Positions 42,901-53,675 of a DNA stretch of 54,669 bases are shown here, piece by piece. A program made the position numbers and the translations under genes. The DNA is from Octopus bimaculoides (Eukaryota). Within the stretch, counting starts at the first letter, position 1; every line of letters starts with the position of its first letter. The notes beneath the pieces are model-generated. The model was given only the letters and a program-made list of their open reading frames with translations. It searched no databases and was not told where the DNA came from. The stretch spans positions 10,374,265 through 10,428,933 of the forward strand of contig NC_069009.1 in NCBI RefSeq assembly GCF_001194135.2, read 5' to 3'.

Positions 42901-45475
42901 CAGTAGATTTCAAAAACCAATAAGCCTCCGTCACCTGTCTCAGAGTATGTTGGATATGGCCTCTGTATACATTTCTTGTTGGCATTCTCTTTTCTGGATG
43001 AGCTCTTATCATTCATCCAAGTTCTGTGTGGGCTGTGCATTTTATCTGTCAACTGTTGGACATCTGTTTTGTTATCGTTGAACCAGTCTTGAATCTCTAC
43101 AGATGCAAAGTGGGTTGCATCACGCAGAGCCTTCCGAGATGGTGCGATGTCATCATTGATATGAAGAGTGCTGAATGCAGTGTTCTACTTAATAAAGAGC
43201 TCAATCTGTTTTTCAAAAGTTTTCAAAGGCAGTACATTAATGTGCTTAGGAAATGATGACTTTTGTAGTCTTGTGTGTTTCAGATGGAACGTAGCAGGTG
43301 TTTTGAATGAACGCTAATTGTTAAGGTACCTAATGTCTCGTTTCTTAGAGATAACATAGTCTATGAGATGCCAATCCTTAGATCTTAGTATGCGTCCAGG
43401 TCGTCTTAGAATAATTTCGCTGTTCAAAAATTCTATTTGTGATGCTTAGACTGAATTCCCTGCAGACGGAGAGCACATGAAGACCGCTGGAATTCATTAA
43501 CCTACATCATAACCAGCCTCCTATGCCTGATAGTCAGTACCAAAAAGAGCGTTATGTCGCCATAAGGACGAGTTTATCCCTATGGTGATAACTGGAGACA
43601 GCACCATGGCGTTGGTTATAAAGTTCATCCTTTTCCTTCTCAGTGCTGACCATGGCTGGGGCATAGCACGAGTGTTGTGATCAAGTTCCAACATTAGTGT
43701 CATGATGCGATCAGAAATACCTTTTGGGGAGGGGCTCCTTTGCCGCCCCTCCACTTGTTGTGGAAGGCGGTGCTGTGTCTAATTAGACCTGCTTTGTTAC
43801 CACTGGTGGACACGGACAGCACAACTACTCACAAGTTCTGTGCTGGAACACCCATCACCGAATGGCCGGCCGCCAGTTGTGGAGAGATCCAGCAAGAGAC
43901 TTCCGGTAATATTCTTTACCTGTCTCTATCACTTTCACTCCCTGACCAGTGGACATTTGGAATTTTTTTCAAGTTGAAGCAATGCCATATTGAATGAATA
44001 AATGTAAGTTGTCAGAAAACCACACAGATGATTTGATTTGAGTGTTGAAGGCCTGTAAGGTGTTTCCCTTCTTCAATATCATTTTCATTTTTTCTTCTAG
44101 AGCTTCAACATTTCTTCTTCTTCCCCGGCTCCTTTTCTTGTTGTTGTTGTTGTTGTTGGTCTTCTTCTTCTTCTTCTTCTTCTTCTTCTTCTTCTTCTTC
44201 TTCTTCTTCTTCTTCTTCTTCTTCTTCTCCACTTTCCTGCCCCTACTTCTCCTCATTATCACCAGCATCGTAACAACGTCAAGACGATAACCATATATCC
44301 TTCCCTTCTCTTTCAACATCTTACTCATTACAACCACCATTACAAGTTCCTCTACCAGCTCTACTACCACCATTATACTCCACCATTTCCACTTCCTCCT
44401 CCTCCTCCTCCTCATCACCATCATCATGAACAGCAGCAGTAGCCTTATAATAATCATCATCATCATGAAACTAACCATCAACTTGTTCTACTTTACATCA
44501 CTTCCACATGTAATATTTTAGCTAAAATTCTATCACAAATAAGTTCTGTACAATTTCCATCTTATCTTCCAGATCTTTGAGTTCTAATGGTATCAAGGAA
44601 ATCAAACCAGACACCTTCCGAAATCAGTTCCGTTTAACATATCTGTAAGTTGAATTAGTGATTTTTTAGTATGTCATTGACGATATGTTTCTAAATACGT
44701 AATGTCTTGCAATACTTCATTTTAAGCACCCTCACCCGTCTTACCAAAGATGTGTTTTCGTGTTTATAAATCTGTGAGTGTGGGCCCATTTCTTAGATAT
44801 TGTACATACGATAGCGTGTGTATGTCTCTGTCAATGTTTACAACCAGTGTCTCTGGTTTGGTTGCGAACGTCTGTGAATATGAGTGAGGGCATATTTACG
44901 AAATTTCGAATTTATGAGTGTGTAGCAATTGAGAGAAAAACGTTAGTGGAAACATGTTTATGGATCTATGTATGTCTCTGTGCATGTTTGGATGTGTGCA
45001 TGCGAGTTTATCAAAATGTATGTCTAATTCGACGTGTATATCATGTAAGGTGTTTACGATTCCATCATCGACTCTTCTTCTTCTTCTTCTTCTTCTTCTT
45101 CTTCTTCTTCTTCTTCTTCTTCTTCTTCTTCTTCTTCTTCTTCGTTTCCTCTCTCCGCCCCTCCTCCTCCTCCTCCTCCTCATCATCATCATCATAGCAT
45201 TTTCGTCATCAAGACTACAACCATATATTCTTCTCCTCTGCCTCATCATCTTATTTATCACTATCACCATCACAACGGCATCCACCAGCCTAACACTATC
45301 AGTATACTCTACTACTTCCAATTCAATATCCTCCTCCTCCTTCTCATCCTCCTTCNNNNNNNNNNNNNNNNNNNNNNNCTTCTTCTTCTTCTTCTTCTTC
45401 TTCTTCTTCTTCTTCTTCTTCTTCTTCTTCTTCTTCTTCTTCGTTTCCTCTCTCCGCCCCTCCTCCTCCTCCTCC

Positions 45476-45516
<41 letters not shown>

Positions 45517-47023
45517 GTCAACATCATCGTCATCACCATCATCTTCACGAAACTAATCATCATCGTGTTCTGCTTTCCATCCTTTTATTCATCTAATTAT
45601 TTAGCCAAAATTACGTCACAAATATCGACAAAATTCAGGTAGGGTCCTTCGATGACCTGCGCATTTTAGCATATCATTAAGTGAGATACGTCGCGATAAT
45701 ATTTCATAGACGATATATTATTACATGCTTAAAAAGTTTCACATTTTTTTTTCGCTACGCGTCCTTCTCTCTGTTTGCATCCTCACTCTTTTCCGATCGA
45801 AATGTGTGACTATCAGTGATTGTCTGTAAATACGTGTCTGTGAGTATGTGTCAATATGAATCTGTATTGGCATGTAAGACATTTTGTGTAGACTCTCCCT
45901 TCTAATTGCATATTCAAGAGTACGTTATTAATATTAGTATTTATACACCTTCCATCATCTTTCAATTCTCTTGCTCTTCTTCTTCTTCTTCTTCTTCTTC
46001 TTCTTCTTCTTCTTCTTCTTCTTCTTCTTCTTCTTCTTCTTCTTCTTCTTCTTCTTCTTCTTCTTCTTCCTCCTCCTCCTACTCCCCCTCATCATCATCA
46101 TCATCGTCATCATCATTTTCTCCTTGGTATTCTTTACCTTTCCATTTTCCACATCTGCTTTCTTTTCTTCCTCTCCTTCCTCTATTTTATATCCACTCTG
46201 TTGTAACGTAGTTTGTAACGTACAATAAATAAGACGACTAGAAAACAGTTAAAATCAATGTAAGGAAACAACAAATGATTTTACGAACAAACATTCAATA
46301 TTCCTTGTGAACTAACCAACCGACACCTTCCGACTTCTCTGCAAACTAACACGAACCTCACTCGACTTCGAACTCTTAACCTTGAACTCACACAGATCGT
46401 TACTATTTATACTTTACTCAGACCAGTCTATCTCTCGTAAGGAGGTATCGTTAATCTCATTAGAAAAACCTCTTGAAATTTCGACTACTATGAGAAATTG
46501 GAATTTCTTTTCTTTTTTCTTTTTTCTTTCCAGCTTCTCACCTTCTTTAATTTTAGTTGTATCTTAATTGCTGCTTCACATTTAAGACATTATCATTCGT
46601 TGCACACATTACTTTATCATCTTCTTCCGAATTTCAAACTTTTTTCAATCCGTCGTCTCTAATTTCCATAGTAACACGTTTTTGCTGAATTCTTTTCCTT
46701 CTTTTCTTCATCAAAAATCGGTTCCTTACAAATTCTGCTTAACCTAATTTTATTTGACAGGAATTTGAGTTTTAATGATATCAAAGAAATGAAAGGAGAA
46801 ATATTCCAAGATCTTCCCAGTTTAAAAAGTCTGTAAGTTAACTCAGTCTTGCTTATAGTATTACAATGACGATATATTTTTTAATATGTGTCTTCCCATA
46901 CTTCATTTTTACCACACTCACCTACCTTTACCTCTACAATCAATCTCTGTCGCAAGTGTGCTATTGAGAGTGTGACAAATGAGTGTAAATATGAAATGCA
47001 ACCATACGTATATATATATGTAT

Positions 47024-47073
<50 letters not shown>

Positions 47074-47337
47074 NNNNNNNNNNNNNNNNNNNNNNNNNNN
47101 NNNNNNNNNNNNNNNNNNNNNNNNNNNNNNNNNNNNNNNNNNNNNNNNNNNNNNNNNNNNNNNNNNNNNNNNNNNNNNNNNNNNNNNNNNNNNNNNNNNN
47201 NNNNNNNNNNNNNNNNNNNNNNNNNNNNNNNNNNNNNNNNNNNNNNNNNNNNNNNNNNNNNNNNNNNNNNNNNNNNNNNNNNNNNNNNNNNNNNNNNNNN
47301 NNNNNNNNNNNNNNNNNNNNNNNNNNNNNNNNNNNNN

Positions 47338-47376
<39 letters not shown>

Positions 47377-47636
47377 ATATATGTATGTATGTATGTATAT
47401 ATATCTGTATGTATGTATGTATATGTTTATGTATGTATGCATGTATGTATGTATTTGTAAGTCTGTAAGTGTGTGTGATGGGGTCGCTTGACTGACCCCT
47501 TTGTGTTTGGGCGAGTGCGAGCAAGTCTTTCCAGCATGCAGGTCTAAATTGGTCAGTATGTCATGTACAGTGTTTACCTCTCGTTGACCGTTCATTACTT
47601 CTACACTCATTCTCCACCATCATCACCACCACCACA

Positions 47637-47683
<47 letters not shown>

Positions 47684-48118
47684 AGCAACAACAACCACTA
47701 GTAGTTGTAGTAGCAACGGTAGTAGAAGCATTGCTCCTGCATTTGATGGATACCTGCAGTGAGAGGAAATATGAAAAACGTACAGAAAGTTGTGAAGGAT
47801 TGCGTACTTTGTGATATCTATTCCATGTCAATGTATGAGTGATTATAAGTGTGTGGGTCTGTGTGAGTGTTTGAGTCTGTGTAAGTTTACCTGTGTATGT
47901 GCGTATATATGTCTGTTTCTTGTAAGCATGTGTGAGATTATGAACATAACTTTATGCTTTTGTCCTTTTCTTTCTTCATTTCTTTCTTCTTCGTCCTCTT
48001 CCTCTTCTTCTTCGTCATAGTATTATTATTATCTTCTTCTTCTTCTTCTTCTTCTTCTTCTTCTTCTTCTTCTTCTTCTTCTTCTCCTTCTCCTTCTTCT
48101 TCTTCTTCTTCTTCTTCT

Positions 48119-48200
<82 letters not shown>

Positions 48201-51155
48201 GTACTATTACTATTTTGACCTATGGTGCAATTCACTTGGTGGAATTTTCTGTGGCGGTAATTTACTACAGTGGAATTTACCGGTCACCACAGGATCATAA
48301 CATCATCGTCGTCAACCGCTTCATCCTCATAAACATCACTACTACAACTACTACCACCACCAACAAGAAGAATAACAACACCAGCATCACCATCAGCAGC
48401 ACCGCCATCATTATACCCATCATCATCGCAATCTGCTCGGCAGCTCTTCTATCATCTAATTGTTTAGACATGACATCTAATATTCTGTTACAAATCTGTT
48501 CCATACAAGTCCTTAACATCATTTTATTTTACAGAGAATTGGGTGGTAATGGTATGAAGATCCAAGCAGAAATGTTCCAAAATCTTTCCATCTTAACACG
48601 TCTGTAAGTTGATTAATTCACGTTTATAGTATTTCATTGAAGATATATTTCCAAATATGTAATGATACCCATATTTCATTTTAAACTCTCTCACCCATTC
48701 TTCCATATACTGTCACAGACTCTCTCTCTCTCTCTCTCTCTCTCTGCCTGTCTGTCCCTCTCTCNNNNNNNNNNNNNNNNNNNNNNNNNNNNNNNNNNNN
48801 NNNNNNNNNNNNNNNNNNNNNNNNNNNNNNNNNNNNNNNNNNNNNNNNNNNNNNNNNNNNNNNNNNNNNNNNNNNNNNNNNNNNNNNNNNNNNNNNNNNN
48901 NNNNNNNNNNNNNNNNNNNNNNNNNNNNNNNNNNNNNNNNNNNNNNNNNNNNNNNNNNNNNNNNNNNNNNNNNNNNNNNNNNNNNNNNNNNNNNNNNNNN
49001 NNNNNNNNNNNNNNNNNNNNNNNNNNNNNNNNNNNNNNNNNNNNNNNNNNNNNNNNNNNNNNNNNNNNNNNNNNNNNNNNNNNNNNNNNNNNNNNNNNNN
49101 NNNNNNNNNNNNNNNNNNNNNNNNNNNNNNNNNNNNNNNNNNNNNNNNNNNNNNNNNNNNNNNNNNNNNNNNNNNNNNNNNNNNNNNNNNNNNNNNNNNN
49201 NNNNNNNNNNNNNNNNNNNNNNNNNNNNNNNNNNNNNNNNNNNNNNNNNNNNNNNNNNNNNNNNNNNNNNNNNNNNNNNNNNNNNNNNNNNNNNNNNNNN
49301 NNNNNNNNNNNNNNNNNNNNNNNNNNNNNNNNNNNNNNNNNNNNNNNNNNNNNNNNNNNNNNNNNNNNNNNNNNNNNNNNNNNNNNNNNNNNNNNNNNAT
49401 ATATATATATATATATATATATAAAACCAATGACACACAACCACACACACACAGACATACATACACAGACAGACACACACACTCACACACACACATTCAC
49501 ACACACACATACACGCACGCACGCACACACACACATGTACATATATATATATGTTTGTGTGTGTGTGTGCGTGTGCGTGTATGTGTATGTGTGTTATCTT
49601 TGTATATTTTGTATATGAATAATGCGAGTGTATCAACATGCGTGCAATATTCAGTCTCTATATCATGTACATGTTTTCTCTCCAAACCAATACTGTTTAC
49701 CCTCGCAGTTGTATATTTAGCACTATATTATTCTGATTTTAATTTTTATACAAATTGATTTTTGTTGTTGTTGTTGTTGTTGTTCTTCCTCTCCTCCTCC
49801 TCCTCCTCCTCCTCCAATACTCTTCCTCCTCCTCCTCCAATACTCTTCCTCCTCCTCCTCCAATCCTCTTCCTTCTCCTCCTTCTCCTCCTTCTCCTCGT
49901 CCTCCTCCTCCACATTCTTCTTCTCCATATTTCGCGTGCCTTTCATTTTCTCTTATGATTTCTTCATAATTTTTTGTTTCTCTATCTGCTGCTATATTTC
50001 TATGCATCTAATACCTGTACTATTTGCATCAGAGCCACCGCCACCATGATCATTATCGACTTCTTCGTTTTCGTCATCGTCGACGTAATCATCTTCTTCA
50101 TCATTTCTATATTTATCTGTCATCAGCATCGTCAACATCAACATCCGACTCTTCATCATCAACATCATTCATTACCATCAGACACCACGATCAGATGCAC
50201 AATCTTCAGCATCATCACCATCATCGCTACAGAAACATCACCACAAACATCAACATCCTCAATATCATATTTTTGATTTCCATAGATATGGAATCCTAAA
50301 CCTTGACAGGATAATCGCACTGAACAACATCACATTCGATCATCCGGATCATAACATTATCAACACTGACATCATATTTTCATGTCTTCCAGTTTATCAT
50401 CATATACTTCACTACCAGTGGAGGCGCAATGGCCCAGTGGTAGGGCAGCGGACTAGCGGTCATAGGATTGCGGTTTCGATTCCTAGACCGGCCGTTATGA
50501 GTGTTTATTGAGCGAAAACACCTAAAGCTCCACGAGGCTGTACTCTTCCACCACAACTTTCTCTCACTCTTTCTTCCTGTTTCTGTTGTGCCTGTAATTC
50601 AAAAGGGTCAGCCTTGTCACACTCTGTGTCGCGCTAAATATCCCCGAGAACTACGTTAAGGGTACACGTGTCTGTGGAGTGCTCAGCCACTTGCACGTTA
50701 ATTTCACGAGCAGGTTGTTCCGTTGATCGGATCAACTGGAACCCTCGACGTCGTCAGCGACGGAGTGCCGACAACAACAACAACAACAACTTCACTACCA
50801 CAGCCACCACCATAACCAGCAACACAACCACCACCACCACCTTTATCCCCATTATCGTTATCTAATACCTCATCATCATAATCTACTCTGCATCCATAAT
50901 CGAATTGTTTAGACATGACATTCAATATTCTTTCACAAATCTGATCCATACAATTTCTTAACTAAATCTTTATTTACAGCGATTTAAGTGGTAATGATAT
51001 GAAGGAAATCAAACCAGAAATATTCAAATATCTTTCCAGCTTAACAGATCTGTAAGTTGAATAATTCATGTTTATTGTATTTCATTAAAGATATATTTCT
51101 AAATATGTGATGATACCCATATTTCAATTAAAAAACCTTCACCCCTCTTTCCCTA

Positions 51156-51209
<54 letters not shown>

Positions 51210-51604
51210 NNNNNNNNNNNNNNNNNNNNNNNNNNNNNNNNNNNNNNNNNNNNNNNNNNNNNNNNNNNNNNNNNNNNNNNNNNNNNNNNNNNNNNNNNNN
51301 NNNNNNNNNNNNNNNNNNNNNNNNNNNNNNNNNNNNNNNNNNNNNNNNNNNNNNNNNNNNNNNNNNNNNNNNNNNNNNNNNNNNNNNNNNNNNNNNNNNN
51401 NNNNNNNNNNNNNNNNNNNNNNNNNNNNNNNNNNNNNNNNNNNNNNNNNNNNNNNNNNNNNNNNNNNNNNNNNNNNNNNNNNNNNNNNNNNNNNNNNNNN
51501 NNNNNNNNNNNNNNNNNNNNNNNNNNNNNNNNNNNNNNNNNNNNNNNNNNNNNNNNNNNNNNNNNNNNNNNNNNNNNNNNNNNNNNNNNNNNNNNNNNNN
51601 NNNN

Positions 51605-51644
<40 letters not shown>

Positions 51645-53642
51645 TATATGTATATGAACATAAAATAACACTCAATTTTATGTCACAGATATCTGAACGA
51701 CAATGACATAAAGTATATTCAACGTGATATCTTTGGAAACCTTCCGAATTTAGAAAAATTGTGAGTTGAGTCGCTTTTATTCGTATTATTTAATTAACCG
51801 TATATCCAGATTGTCAATATTTTCTCCAACTTTGCTTTTCTTTCTCTCTCGTTGTCCCAATCAAGCATTCTTATTCGCTCTGTCTCTCTCCATAGTTTTC
51901 TCTAAGTATGAGTGTATGTACGTTTTGTGAAAGTGAAAGTATATGGTTGTATAATCTTTTTTTCATTATCTCCTTATGTATATGTAATCATGCTCTTGTT
52001 ATCGAATTAATCTTAAGATTTTTCTTCTATATTTCATGTTCTTTATTTTCTAAACGTTCGTCTCACTAATATTCAAATATTCATTATTCGACAACATTTC
52101 ATCATCTTTTTCTCTTTGTTTTCTTTTTTGTTCTAGTTTTCTAAGTTTATCTGTTAATCTTCTTATGTTTTTCACATGTTTTTTTTTGTGTGTATGGATG
52201 TACATATACTGGATGTATCAGTAAAGTTTCCAAATTTTAGATTCGAATTCGGAAGTTTGTATATCAAGAATGCTTAAAGATAACTTAATGGGATTATGAG
52301 AGGATTTTCGAATGCAAATTGACCCTTCTTTGAGCAAGACGAAATGTTGATTACTCTCCAACCCCACAAAAATAATCATGAATCAAATGCTCATTGGCGG
52401 AAACGATATTTTCAGAAATAATTTACCATAGCTTAGAGTTGGGAGCTAATAAACTATTGGAATAAAGTTCCAATGAAAGCGTAAAGTCATATTTCAAAGG
52501 GCTACAGAGAGTTCTATCCACAATTTTGTGTGTTAGGCATCAAGAGTTATTCTACTTTTGGCAATGGCTTCCTCAATCCTCTTTCTGACTGTACCACAAG
52601 CTTTCTGAATGACTTCATCAATGTTCTCCTCACACCTTCTACGAATGGAGTTTTGGGGGAATTGAAGTTAAGTGTGGGGCTTCTCACAACCTCTTTCCGA
52701 CCAGTTCATCCCAGATGCTGACGTCTAAAGGGCTTGAATCAGGTGATGAATGAGACCAAGTATCCTTATCTTAAAACCTGCTCGCACACATATCCCTGTG
52801 AAACTTTTGACCCAATGCTCTTGTGGGACAAGGAATATCATCTTTCCATCAGAGGCCATGCAGATTTAAATCATCACCATGCCACGGTTTTTGTACCTGA
52901 AATTGACGTTTTTTTGGCTCTCTTGTGAGAAGCTGAAGCCAGGACGCTGCTGTTGCATCTGTTTGTGTGCATATCATGGGTGAACCTCTTGTCATGTGTG
53001 TAAAAGATCACTCGAGGGTTGTGTTCTACTTTGCTCAAGATGATCTTCTCCAAACTTCTAACCCTTTGTTGTGGAGTAACAAGATGCCTCACTGGTCTCG
53101 TGTCCAATTTCATTATCTAATCTTCTGTCACCAGTCTCTGAACGACTGTCATTGCTAAAACTCCTCTTTTATATGCCATGCGCCTTGAGGATTGAGTTGG
53201 ATCTCTTTCGATTGATATCTTCAGCGCCAGCTGGAAATGGTGATCCTTCTTGCGATTCTGACTTCCGGATTCAGCTTTCCTCTCCATTATTCCCTCTTTC
53301 TCAAACTTATTCACAATTCCCTTGATGCTTTTTCAATGGAGTTTGAAGTTCTTCAAAATGTTAATCAGTTTCCAGTCCGTTGTCTAAAATTCCTTTCACA
53401 TCATATTTACCCTGCTTTCTATAATTTTTCTTTTCTATCAACAATCTCATCCTATTCACCGTCATTGTCATCAACAGTATCATCATCACAATTATTTACA
53501 CCATCTTCAACACCGTTAATTTTATCGTCAACATATTTTTATTATCGTCAACAGAAACAGCACTAATTTCATCTCGTCATCAGTATCATCTTAAGTATCC
53601 TCCTCCTCCTCCTCCTCCTCCTCCTCCTCCTCCTCCTCCTCC

Positions 53643-53675
<33 letters not shown>

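Noticed and set aside
45090-45480. Short duplicated (CTT)n-cgtttcctctctccgccc block around a gap
   Set aside because: Likely a scaffolding overlap in simple repeats.
47756-47830. Possible extra LRR exon (…EGLRTL)
   Set aside because: It lacks the xLxxN/F/LxxLxxL spacing, the 72-nt geometry and the conserved flanks.
50418-50490. tRNA gene
   Set aside because: It is the tRNA-like head of a SINE with body, (CAA)n tail and TSD.
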